From the IMG/VR virus record IMGVR_UViG_3300027896_000010, positions 64,001 to 128,000 of that record: 64,000 bases of DNA; one strand, 5' to 3'. How positions within the stretch are numbered: position 1 is the first letter of the stretch; every line of letters starts with the position of its first letter. A model generated the notes under the pieces. The model saw nothing but the letters and a program-made list of their open reading frames with translations. It was not told the origin of the DNA and searched no databases. Below are positions 51,785 through 60,866 of the stretch, in pieces. The stretch is from a virus. A program made the position numbers and the translations under genes.

Positions 51785-52939
51785 CTATCCCTTGATTACT
51801 GCTAATGGCCTCAGTACCACTAGTGGCTCGATTAAGTCAAGCTCCTGAGCGATAACCTTTTCGATATTCTTATAGGCTCCGGGGGCTTCATCCAAATCTT
51901 TCTTATGGCGAATGCCATGGACAATATCACCCATCTTAGCCATCTCGTCTTTTAAGCTAAGTTCGCGCTTCGCCTGATTACGACCCATTTTTCTACCGGC
52001 TCCATGGGAGCATGACATAAAGGATTCAATGTTGCCCTTCCCCTTAACGATATATGAGTGCGTTCCTTGAGAGCCGGGGATAATTCCAATCTGCCCTTCT
52101 CGTGCTGAGGTTGCCCCTTTGCGATGAACCATAACATTCTGCCCAAAGTGATTCTCAAAAACCGCATAATTATGATGTATATTGGTTATCTCAAGCTTAT
52201 CCCATACATCATCTGCATCAATATCAAATGCTTCTATGGCCTTTCTCATCATCATCTCACGATTAGCCTGTGCGAATTGCAAACAATATTCCATTTCTTC
52301 CATATAGGCTTGACCCTCATCTGTATCTAGCGGGAGGAAAGCTAATTGCCACTCCTTAGGAATTGAACTGTGCCATCTATTGTTTAGCTCGACAGCAATC
52401 TTATTGTAATAATCGGCAACCTGCTTCCCAATATTCCGCGACCCTGAATGAATCATCACATAGATGAACCCATCATCGCCCTTTTGTATTTCAATAAAAT
52501 GATTGCCACCGCCTAGTGTGCCCAGTTGCTTACGAGCCTTTTCATATTCTCGCTCCACTATCCCATTCGACAACGTCAGGCTAGGCATATAGTTTTCGGG
52601 GCACGGCACATCACGATGGCTGAATCCAACTGGAATAGTATCACGAATAAGCCCCATAGTCCTCTTGAGCGAATCAGTATCGGGAAGAGTGATATCGGTC
52701 TTCACCGCGCAGACTCCGCAACCGATATCGACCCCTACGGCATTGGGAACCACAACCCGCTTGGTCGCTAGCACCCCTCCGATTGGCATGCCGTAGCCCT
52801 GATGGGCATCAGGCATAATGGCAACATGTTTAAAAGCGAATGGCAATTTAGCCAAATGCTTTACCTGCTCCATGGCACCATCCTCGATATAATCGAGCCA
52901 TAGTTTTATCGGAAGCCCATCACTCTGCACTACTTGCAT
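51785..52939 (-). CDS. rtcB: RtcB RNA ligase (3'-phosphate/5'-OH)
   Basis: MPDAHQG, GVDIGCG, GTLGGGNHF, HSGSR, HHNYA, HRKGAT, PGSQG, HGAGR and DEAPGAYK. Confidence 0.95.
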   Translation of the reverse strand: MQVVQSDGLPIKLWLDYIEDGAMEQVKHLAKLPFAFKHVAIMPDAHQGYGMPIGGVLATKRVVVPNAVGVDIGCGVCAVKTDITLPDTDSLKRTMGLIRDTIPVGFSHRDVPCPENYMPSLTLSNGIVEREYEKARKQLGTLGGGNHFIEIQKGDDGFIYVMIHSGSRNIGKQVADYYNKIAVELNNRWHSSIPKEWQLAFLPLDTDEGQAYMEEMEYCLQFAQANREMMMRKAIEAFDIDADDVWDKLEITNIHHNYAVFENHFGQNVMVHRKGATSAREGQIGIIPGSQGTHSYIVKGKGNIESFMSCSHGAGRKMGRNQAKRELSLKDEMAKMGDIVHGIRHKKDLDEAPGAYKNIEKVIAQELDLIEPLVVLRPLAVIKG

Positions 52940-53946
52940 ATATGCCCCTAATCATCTGAGCCATCGCATATGGCTAACTTCAAATCTATGCTTTTGTTAA
53001 CAATATCTTGAACAACATTGGCCTTAAGAAATGGGGCTTCTGCATAACTCCCATCGATATCAAATCCCATCGAATCAAGCCAAGTAGCCAGTTGCGTATG
53101 ATACAGAATCCATTGGTCATTAGTATAACCATGGCCATCTCGAAGTCTGAGCCGTGGCCCAATCTCGACTACCTGTATGATTTCAGAAGCGTCTTGATAC
53201 TGAACTACCACAAAAGGAATCCTTTCGTCGTGTATGCTTTCGAGGACGTAATTTCCTTTAACAACAATTTTCTTATCTCTCGTTATCATCTCATCATCAA
53301 TGACTCTTGTCTTGTCAACCATTATTATATCACTCTCCTATGACATCATATAAAAAGTACGAGGGTCTATCTCTAGCCCTGCGAACTTACCGCTATGGAT
53401 ATGAATCTTACAACACAGGGTCTGCTTGCATTCTGGGCAGATGTCAATCCCCTCTAGGCAACCACTTGCTACGACATAGTTGTTCTTTATCGCCCCACGC
53501 AAGTCGAATCTAACCTCATCTCCCTTACGAAACTCAGCCAGCATATTTTCAAGTTGCTTGGTTTGCACTTCTGCCTCGTACTCATGCTGGCAATAAGGGC
53601 AAACTATATTGTCATAGAAACTATCAAATAGTCCCATTTAGTTTCTGCTCCTTCCTTACTTGCCATATCACATATCCTTCGCCATGATTATTAACACCAT
53701 AGTAAGCATCATGCCTAATACTACTATTAAGCCTTCCAACAATATTTTCCACAAAGCTTCCCAAGTGGACATAACCCTAGAAGTAGTTACAATAACTGGC
53801 CCGTTAGGAAAATCAACTCTGTCCTGATGTTGCGGGAAAGCGTAATCATTAAAAAACAAAGCCCCTGTTATCGTAGATGCAAAAACAAGAATAGCCAATG
53901 TTATTAAAACAAATCCTCTCATCTTCCTACTTCTTCCCTATGGCGT

Positions 53947-54504
53947 CTAATATGTGGTGCCACTACCATTGCTATTATCGTTACTGTTATCTGTGTATTC
54001 AGATAATGCAATTTTCCACTTCCCGTTTTCTTTATAGCATGGATAGTACAGCATATCCCCAGATGACTTATTCAGAACCGTAAGCTGAGCCTCGTCACCC
54101 GATATCTCTTCCTTCTGAACTACTAACCCGCCTGACTGGTCACCTGCCCAGTAATCACGAATATCCGAAGAAGTCTCATTAGCGGCATCCTTCGCTGTCA
54201 GGTACGAGTGAGCCGTTGCAAAATCTCCTCTATCCAATGCCTTGACGAAAGCCAAGAACGTTGCCGATGGCCCCATTGGCTTGATAAGAGTCAGGGGCAA
54301 GACGACTGCTAGAGCTATCACCACCAATAGCACCAGTGCACCTATAATGCCTATCATCCATCCTTTGGATATCTTCTTCTTCGGCGATGGAACCTTGGGC
54401 GTATAATATGTCGATATCTTGGCTCCTAGTGGCTCTCCACAACTAGTACAGAACGGAGGAACCTCGTTGGAAGAATACTGCTTCCCACATTTTGGACAAT
54501 CCAT
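53947..54504 (-). CDS. Zinc-ribbon + TM + NTF2/DUF4878-like domain membrane protein
   Basis: CPKCG...CTSCG, TM helix, PSATFLAFVKALDRGDFATAHSYL...KENGKWKI. Confidence 0.65.
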   Translation of the reverse strand: MDCPKCGKQYSSNEVPPFCTSCGEPLGAKISTYYTPKVPSPKKKISKGWMIGIIGALVLLVVIALAVVLPLTLIKPMGPSATFLAFVKALDRGDFATAHSYLTAKDAANETSSDIRDYWAGDQSGGLVVQKEEISGDEAQLTVLNKSSGDMLYYPCYKENGKWKIALSEYTDNSNDNSNGSGTTY

Positions 54505-54564
54505 TTTATCCTCCCTTTTTAGGTTTCTGATTTAATCCCATCAGGCTTTTCCTCTATTTCCTTG

Positions 54565-54936
54565 TCAATTGATATGGTCTATGGACAAAAATTCTGGAAT
54601 TGTTTCCCCACAACACATACACTTGCCACCATAAGCTTCTATCACCTTAAGACGTTCTTTCCAGCGCCATGTTCGTTGAATTTCAGTGCGGCGTTCAGGG
54701 TTCTCTTGTCTCCATTGAGAAGCTTGGTTTTTATAACGTGACTTATTGAGTTGATAATTATCTCTAGCTATCTTTTTGCCTCTTTCCGTATTTGCTCGAT
54801 ACCACTCTTGAGATTTCTTTGTATAACACGACTTACATTGAGCCTCAAGTTTGCCAGTCTTTTTCCGCATAGGAAATTCAATAAAAGGTTTCCATGCACC
54901 ACAACCAGAACATTGTTTGAGTTTTGTATCAGCCAT
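54565..54936 (-). pseudogene. HNH homing endonuclease truncated at the HNH core
   Basis: CSGC...CKSC N-terminal Zn, AYGGKCMCCGE..LSIDHIN then TGA; the rest of the HNH motif is absent in the downstream sequence. Confidence 0.65.
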
Positions 54937-55234
54937 TTTTTTTCTTCTTTTTTACAGCAGTAAAATCAGGATAGAAAAAGTCTCTCGTTTCAGTAACAGG
55001 TTTGATTTCATCGCAAATATCACAGGTATCCTCATGCCAGCAGGAGACTTCGACCTGACGACCACCAGAAGACTCACTACCACACTCCTGACATACCCAA
55101 TGCACCTTTCTAAGCCATACTGAGCCGTCTTTGACCATTTGCCTTATCGTGTCACCCTCGCGCCAGCCTACCGCTTCTATGGCTTCAATAGGAAGCGTTA
55201 TGGCTCCCTTTGAATTTATCTTTACTATCCACAT
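54929..55234 (-). CDS. AbrB/SpoVT-like DNA-binding domain fused to a zinc ribbon
   Basis: KINSKGAITLP...GWREGD; CQECG...CDIC. Confidence 0.65.
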   Translation of the reverse strand: MWIVKINSKGAITLPIEAIEAVGWREGDTIRQMVKDGSVWLRKVHWVCQECGSESSGGRQVEVSCWHEDTCDICDEIKPVTETRDFFYPDFTAVKKKKKNG

Positions 55235-55459
55235 AGCTTTCCTACTTCCATTTTATAATTTCATCTCTAGATTTAGATGTAGTCTGTATAAGACTTCTGT
55301 TTCTGTGGAAGATTCCCTTGCTCTCAAAGTGTGAAACACAAACATTATCAGCAGCCTTATTAAGCCCATAATAAGCACAGTACCCAATGGTATGTTTAAT
55401 TTTACACTTCCAAAAGGTACAGCACTCACAGCGTATTCTGTTCTTCACCAGCTTTCTCC

Positions 55460-57106
55460 TTACCGCCTCAGCAGTTCCTTGATATCGTTGAAAGTCATTT
55501 GAGGGACTATATTGCCACCATCTGCTTCGACGATACGATTGAACAATTGCTTCTTCCTTGTCAGAATCCTTTCCATGCCTTCTTCTACCGTGCCCCGGGC
55601 AACCATCTTAATAACGTTGACCGTGCCTTCCTGACCGATTCGGTGCGCCCTCGCGGCGGCTTGCTCATTAACGGATGGCACCCAGTCTTGGTCAAGAAAT
55701 ATCACGTAGTCAGCCGCTGTGAGGTTGATAGCTTCCTTGCAAGAATCGATAGTGCCTATGAAAATTTTACACGTTTCGTCCTCTTGAAACCTCTTGACCT
55801 CGACTGCCCTTTCCCTGCCCCTAACATCACCATCAACATAGGCTATATGATAGTCATGTTCCAGCAGGTAGCGCAACCGCATCGTAGCTTCTTTAAACTT
55901 GGAATAAATGATGGCTTTATGACCGTTATAAATAATGTCCTTCAGTAGATTTTGAACCTCATCGAACTTGGCGCTAGGAGCCTCTGACTTTATCAATTCT
56001 GGGTGGACAGCGATTTGACGAAGACGCATCAGCCTAGCGATGGCGTTCGGTATCGTCAGGACATCGCCTTCCTTGTTGACTATGAGAGCCTGTGCGATTT
56101 CCTCTTCTATAGCATTATACAACCCACGTTGTGCAGGGTCGAGGTCTATCATGATTTTCTGATGTATCTGTGCTGGCAGTTCCTTCAAGACTTGGTCTTT
56201 GCGCCGACGAATCATCACCGAAGCAAGGTTGCGACGAAGCTCGTTGAGGTTCTGATAGGCGACGACCTGCTTGCCTTCCCAGCCACCGTACACACAATAG
56301 CGATGAGAGAAGTTCCAGTAGCTTTTGTAATCCTCAGGGAACATACAGTTGAGAAGTGACCAGAGTTCATCTGGGCGGTTCATGATGGGAGTGCCAGTCA
56401 AGAGCATTGTCCTCTTGGCCTTGATGGTCTTGATGGCAACCGTCTGCTTTGCCTTAGGGTTTTTAATCCTATGCGCCTCGTCGATGATTAGCATATCCCA
56501 TGAAAGGTGCTTAAGGTCTTCAGCGTGTATTCTCGCTAGCGAATAATTAAGAATAGTAACGTTGACGTCCTCTGTCATTTGTTTCTCCCGCTTGGGCTTA
56601 GTACCTTCAATAACTACACTGGTCATGTCACTCCACTTCTCAACCTCGTCTTTCCAGTTCCATGTTGCCGTGTTCGGGCAAACAACAAGAATCTTCTTGC
56701 AACCAGTTAGAATTGCTACGGCAAGAGCTTCAACGGATTTCCCCAATCCCATCTCGTTGGCATTGAGGACATTCGTGCGTTCTAGCAGATACTCGACATC
56801 GGCCTTCTGATAAGGTCGAAGCTTGTCGGAGAAGGCCAACTCCTCACACACATCGCCCTGAGGGACCTCAGGCTGGTCGAACAGGTCTTTGTTCACCTGA
56901 GTCACCAAGGCATGGACTTCATCGCTTACGTTAGCTTCTGGGAATGCATCAACGACAGACGTAACCACCATGGGGGGATACAGGTTCGCCTTGGTACTGG
57001 CATCATAACTGCGACCGGGGATTTCCTTGCAACGCTCTACCAAGTCCCATGAGAAGTCAAACCGAACTCGAACCTTATCGCCAGCAAGGTCGATGTTGAC
57101 TGCCAT
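55460..57106 (-). CDS. SNF2-family helicase with N-terminal HARP-like domain
   Basis: NEMGLGKS, IIDEAH, LTGTPIMN, MIRRRK, YVDG, INLTAAD and QAAARAHRIGQ. Confidence 0.9.
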   Translation of the reverse strand: MAVNIDLAGDKVRVRFDFSWDLVERCKEIPGRSYDASTKANLYPPMVVTSVVDAFPEANVSDEVHALVTQVNKDLFDQPEVPQGDVCEELAFSDKLRPYQKADVEYLLERTNVLNANEMGLGKSVEALAVAILTGCKKILVVCPNTATWNWKDEVEKWSDMTSVVIEGTKPKREKQMTEDVNVTILNYSLARIHAEDLKHLSWDMLIIDEAHRIKNPKAKQTVAIKTIKAKRTMLLTGTPIMNRPDELWSLLNCMFPEDYKSYWNFSHRYCVYGGWEGKQVVAYQNLNELRRNLASVMIRRRKDQVLKELPAQIHQKIMIDLDPAQRGLYNAIEEEIAQALIVNKEGDVLTIPNAIARLMRLRQIAVHPELIKSEAPSAKFDEVQNLLKDIIYNGHKAIIYSKFKEATMRLRYLLEHDYHIAYVDGDVRGRERAVEVKRFQEDETCKIFIGTIDSCKEAINLTAADYVIFLDQDWVPSVNEQAAARAHRIGQEGTVNVIKMVARGTVEEGMERILTRKKQLFNRIVEADGGNIVPQMTFNDIKELLRR

Positions 57107-57142
57107 AAGCGACTCCTTTCACACGTTTCTCAGTCTTATGAT

Positions 57143-57171
57143 ATTATACCACAAAACGTGTGATTTAACAA
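57143..57171 (-). promoter_or_regulatory. Sigma-70-type promoter TTGTTA-N17-TATAAT (TGn extension)
   Basis: Upstream of the SNF2 gene; shares TATAATATCATA with the Ubl promoter. Confidence 0.6.
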
Positions 57172-57176
57172 GGAAA

Positions 57177-57815
57177 TTAAAGACTATTTCTCACCTGTTC
57201 AACCCAATCTCGCCATTGTACATCGATGCCTTCGCCCTCGTACGAGGCTACCTGCCAGCCCCTCTGTATTGACCCAAAGTTTTCATAGAGATACTTGCAG
57301 TATTTTTCTATCTGTATGGCTGGGCTATCGGCTGGATTGCTAAGGCCACCAAAGATTCCAATAGGCCCTCTATTATTGCCACCAGTCTCCACTACGGCAA
57401 CCCCTGCTAGTATTCTTGGGTCTATTCCGTAAGCCCCTGCATCTATTATCATCTTTTCGCCCATGCCAGCTAAGTCAGTGCCAACGAACCTAGCGTTAAG
57501 TCTATCAACCAGCCCTTGGTCAACCACGACCCTGCCCCGATTCTCTTGCATATCAACTCTCTGCTGGAGCGTTTCTGTCTTGGCAACCTGCCTCTTCATC
57601 TGTTTCTCTAACTTCACAATATGATTGCTGGTACTGGCCCACATAGGGAATATCATGAGGAACGCCAGTAGCCCCATAATAGACCCGCCAATACAGAAGC
57701 CCAGCAACCCCATGAGAGGACGTCTCGCCGCCTCTATAATATCCTTTTTCTCTGTCTCACGCCTTTGCTGTTCATCCAATTCCTCTGGCGTTAAAATCCC
57801 ATGCTTCTTAACCAT
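57177..57815 (-). CDS. Membrane-anchored lysozyme-like protein (paralog of 6500-7303)
   Basis: TM + coiled-coil + FVGTDLAGMGE...YGIDPRILAGVAVVETG. Confidence 0.5.
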   Translation of the reverse strand: MVKKHGILTPEELDEQQRRETEKKDIIEAARRPLMGLLGFCIGGSIMGLLAFLMIFPMWASTSNHIVKLEKQMKRQVAKTETLQQRVDMQENRGRVVVDQGLVDRLNARFVGTDLAGMGEKMIIDAGAYGIDPRILAGVAVVETGGNNRGPIGIFGGLSNPADSPAIQIEKYCKYLYENFGSIQRGWQVASYEGEGIDVQWRDWVEQVRNSL

Positions 57816-57872
57816 ATTGACTTCCTTTCCTCATCTTAGTCCTTGTTTATAGATATTCTTCAAAAGTCCATG

Positions 57873-58379
57873 TTATCCTCTAATTTTATACATAATCACG
57901 GCTGTGCAATTACAAGTCTCTGCCCCACACTTCGGACAATACACATCTCTCCAGTAACCCTCTACTCTCGCTATCTCTTTTAACCCTAGGTGCTGGAATA
58001 GTCCTAGAGATGATGCCTCACTTTCCAACCACACTTCAGCAAATAGGGCATGGTCTGGATATGCCCTTCTTATCTTTTCTAAAAGCATCCACCCTATCCC
58101 TCTCCTGCGATATGCCTCATCAACCACCAAGTCCAATATCCATAATGTATTCGGCGCTAAGTTCACCCCTAACTGTTTCTTGAACTTTCGTCTATACCCT
58201 CTGGTCATGGGTTGCGCTGTCCCTACGCCTATAACGTCACCGTCACGATGGATAACATTAATCGCTATCCCCGACACCATTGATTCTATAATCTCAGGGT
58301 CTACCTCATCCCCCAGATACTTAGCCACCAGCTTCTCAGAGGCTTTTATCGTCTCACCTTTTATTGGCTCTATCTTCAT
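57873..58379 (-). CDS. GNAT N-acetyltransferase
   Basis: LVVDEAYRRRGIGWMLL; YW...CPKCG...CNC tail. Confidence 0.85.
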   Translation of the reverse strand: MKIEPIKGETIKASEKLVAKYLGDEVDPEIIESMVSGIAINVIHRDGDVIGVGTAQPMTRGYRRKFKKQLGVNLAPNTLWILDLVVDEAYRRRGIGWMLLEKIRRAYPDHALFAEVWLESEASSLGLFQHLGLKEIARVEGYWRDVYCPKCGAETCNCTAVIMYKIRG

Positions 58380-58402
58380 GCATCCCTCCCCTGAAGGCTA
58401 TC

Positions 58403-58482
58403 TGGCTGGAGAGGTAGGATTCGAACCTACGACATGACATTTGGCTCCAAGGGCCAACGTTCTACCGCTGAACTACTCTCCA
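58403..58482 (-). tRNA. tRNA-Gln(UUG), atypical (C33, 10-nt variable loop), encoded CCA
   Basis: TGGAGAG/CTCTCCA acceptor with G73-CCA; GTTC/GAAC D stem; TTGGC-CCTTGGA-GCCAA anticodon arm; GTAGG-TTCGAAT-CCTAC T arm. Confidence 0.8.
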
Positions 58483-58688
58483 ATATATCTGTACTGATGG
58501 CTCCTGAGGACATGCCATCTCAATGACTGTTCATCTTTGTATGCGTTCAGGCAATAAGGACAATGCCAAAACACATACTTGTGAATCTCATCTACATTTG
58601 CCATGTGTCCTATCACGGCATTTAACAGAACACTCGCCACGAACAATGCAATTAGTATTATCAGCAATCCCCACGTTACTCCACGCAT
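58473..58688 (-). CDS. Small TM protein with a C2H2 zinc finger
   Basis: TM helix then CPYC..AYKDEQSLRWHVLRSH. Confidence 0.55.
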   Translation of the reverse strand: MRGVTWGLLIILIALFVASVLLNAVIGHMANVDEIHKYVFWHCPYCLNAYKDEQSLRWHVLRSHQYRYIGE

Positions 58689-58942
58689 CCACCCCTTCCC
58701 CTGTGTCAGACCTCAAGCTATCTATTAATCAAAATGCATGCCTCTTTTGAACGTCCTTCGGTACAACCAGTTATCGTATTTTAGGATGCCCCAATCCCAT
58801 AACCACTCTGTCTGGTCTAACCAGAACAAGAAGTTGAACCACAAGTCTTCTTTTAATGGCCTCTTCCTGTCGGTGGGGATGAAGTCGCCATTCTCATCCT
58901 TATCGCATTCTTCCCAGCGAACCCACAGTTTGTTCTTGGCTT

Positions 58943-59647
58943 TCACAGCTTCCTCCAGACATGCAGTTGAACTGGCACCATCTTATGCATCGCCATAAAA
59001 ACTGACAGGGGGGTCTTCTCTTGCAGATGAAGACCCTTCCCTATGCCACCGCCTTCCTCGAACCATGTCTCTTCAAACAACAGTCCTCCAGAGTTCAATC
59101 GGGTCAATAAATGAGCCAATAGAGCCTCGTAATCGGCACAATGCTCTATAACGTCCTGCATTATTATACTATTATAATTATCACGAATGCAATCAATATA
59201 TGTGAATTTATTGTCATCATCGAACGGGCTGAGAATCCTATACTGATATTTTGCACGACCAACCATGCCCTCTTCATTCAGTCGCCAGCGAACGAAATTG
59301 GTGCATGGCAAACTGATATCAAAATAATGGACTTCGAGACCTCGTTGCAGGAGCGGGAAGAAGTTGTTCCCAATACCGCCACCAAAATCCAGCACAGGCC
59401 CAATAGCGGTATCGAGCAGTTGCCAGTAAGTATGAGACGCAAGATGAAACATATAGAGGGTGCTGGTGCGATAGAACCAGTCCTGTTCTTCCTTGGTCTT
59501 GGGGGCTAAAGCGTCATACTCTTTTGGATAGTAATAGTCAGGCTCCCGATTGATTGCCTTCCTGATGAAATCCTCAGACAACCCAGACCACTTGGTAAAC
59601 CATCGGACGTATCGCTCCATCTCGTCTACAGTTGCCCAAGTACTCAA
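58943..59647 (-). CDS. Class I SAM-dependent methyltransferase
   Basis: VLDFGGGIG, YFDIS and QDVIEH. Confidence 0.8.
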   Translation of the reverse strand: MSTWATVDEMERYVRWFTKWSGLSEDFIRKAINREPDYYYPKEYDALAPKTKEEQDWFYRTSTLYMFHLASHTYWQLLDTAIGPVLDFGGGIGNNFFPLLQRGLEVHYFDISLPCTNFVRWRLNEEGMVGRAKYQYRILSPFDDDNKFTYIDCIRDNYNSIIMQDVIEHCADYEALLAHLLTRLNSGGLLFEETWFEEGGGIGKGLHLQEKTPLSVFMAMHKMVPVQLHVWRKL

Positions 59648-60192
59648 TGGTGTGTCCTTTGATTTCGCTGTGCAGATGTCTCCTTATCGGCATATGGGTT
59701 TTCTACATGCGGATGTGCTGGTCTTTGTCTCTCGCCATGCTCAGCGATGTCCATAGCAATGGGGGGGGCGAGTAATGGTGGATTATTAACATACTCTCTT
59801 ATAAAGTGGTTCGTATACCCATTCTCATCTTCCGCTGTCACATTAGTCGGGCCATCACGACCAATCTCAAGCCTGATAACTGGCTCTCGTATTGTCATCC
59901 CATTACGATTCACCATCGGCTCTGGCATATGTCCTTCTGTTAACGTCCTAGGGACTGGTGACAAATTCATAGATGGGAGTCGGAGATTAGCTCCTCTATC
60001 ATGATTAGCGATGAGACCTCTTTTCATCTCATCTGCTATCCTATCAATCTCGTAAAGCAAGGCTCCTACCCCACCATCCATTAGGCGAGGGTCTACAGTG
60101 CCTTTACATTCTAAAATATCCCCCGGCACACCGGGGCTTCGAATTTCAAATTTCAAAGCAAAGTAATCCCTGTCTCTCCACCTATCATACAT
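59644..60192 (-). CDS. Hypothetical protein
   Basis: Coding-strand ORF with GGAGG RBS. Confidence 0.45.
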   Translation of the reverse strand: MYDRWRDRDYFALKFEIRSPGVPGDILECKGTVDPRLMDGGVGALLYEIDRIADEMKRGLIANHDRGANLRLPSMNLSPVPRTLTEGHMPEPMVNRNGMTIREPVIRLEIGRDGPTNVTAEDENGYTNHFIREYVNNPPLLAPPIAMDIAEHGERQRPAHPHVENPYADKETSAQRNQRTHH

Positions 60193-60203
60193 CGCTATCC
60201 TCC

Positions 60204-60442
60204 TACTCCGTGATTACTCCGTGATGTAAAACATCATATCATATCATTTGGGGTCAAGCAAAACATCCGTGATTAATCCGTAATATGGATTCCTGACCCA
60301 AATGAAAGTTCGAAACCTTTGATATCAATATCCCATACTCCGCGAGTACTCCGCGAGACTCTATCATAAATCCATAATATGGAATCTACCCCCCCCCCAA
60401 TGAAAGTTCGAATCAAAGTTCGAACCTTTTGATATCAATATC
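60204..60442. repeat. Imperfect tandem duplication (about 129 bp and 107 bp units) with internal 11-mer doublets and palindromes
   Basis: TACTCCGTGAT x2 versus TACTCCGCGAG x2; ATCCGTAATATGGAT versus ATCCATAATATGGAA; AATGAAAGTTCGAA x2; CTTTGATATCAATATC-like x2. Confidence 0.8.
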
Positions 60443-60450
60443 AAAATAGC

Positions 60451-60479
60451 AAAAACCCCCCTGCATTTCTGTAGGAGGG
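60451..60479 (-). terminator. Rho-independent terminator after the Ubl gene
   Basis: CCTCCCTAC-AGAAAT-GCAGGGGGG followed by TTTTT. Confidence 0.65.
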
Positions 60480-60508
60480 CTATATTGCTGAGTCGGAGAA
60501 GGTCGTCT

Positions 60509-60730
60509 CTAGAGGCAACCACCCCTTATCTCAGGGACAAGCGTGACTACGGTGGACTCCGATTCCTTCATCGGAGCATCGGGGGTGGTCGGCATGCCGT
60601 TCACCCTGATGTCGAAGCCCTCGCCAGTCTCACCAGCCTGAGCGAGTACGCTAGCTACGGTGGTAGCGTCTGCCGCCGCTACCTCAATCTCCCTGACATC
60701 CTCACCGAGCTTGGCAAGCTTTATCTGCAT
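60509..60730 (-). CDS. Ubiquitin-like (beta-grasp, ThiS/MoaD-like) protein ending IRGG-CL
   Basis: 73 aa from ATG 8 nt after GGAGGAGG; beta-grasp pattern (IKLAKLG..VREIEV, TVASVL, IRVNG, VVTLVP) with di-Gly two residues from the end. Confidence 0.85.
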   Translation of the reverse strand: MQIKLAKLGEDVREIEVAAADATTVASVLAQAGETGEGFDIRVNGMPTTPDAPMKESESTVVTLVPEIRGGCL

Positions 60731-60828
60731 CTGCAACACCTCCTCCTTGTCCTTCAGCCAGTTCCTTGGCTTTCCCCTTATCCAATCCGCTCTATGAAGT
60801 TTTCAAACTGTTAACTTCTTACTATGAT

Positions 60829-60857
60829 ATTATAACACAGGTCAAACTGGGTGTCCA
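60829..60857 (-). promoter_or_regulatory. Sigma-70-type promoter TGGACA-N17-TATAAT dedicated to the Ubl gene
   Basis: Near-consensus -35/-10 with TGn extension in the E1-Ubl gap. Confidence 0.7.
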
Positions 60858-60866
60858 GCTTTTTCT

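Noticed and set aside
54541-54570. Stop-codon reassignment (TGA read-through) rescuing the HNH gene
   Set aside because: Read-through gives only QGNRGKA before another stop, and other long genes are intact under code 11.
58441-58460. Reading the tRNA as Pro(UGG)
   Set aside because: That register breaks the TTGGC/GCCAA stem, and U1-A72 with G73 fits Gln.
60204-60442. CRISPR mini-array
   Set aside because: Repeats are 11-17 bp, irregularly spaced and part of a larger duplication, with no unique spacers of constant length.
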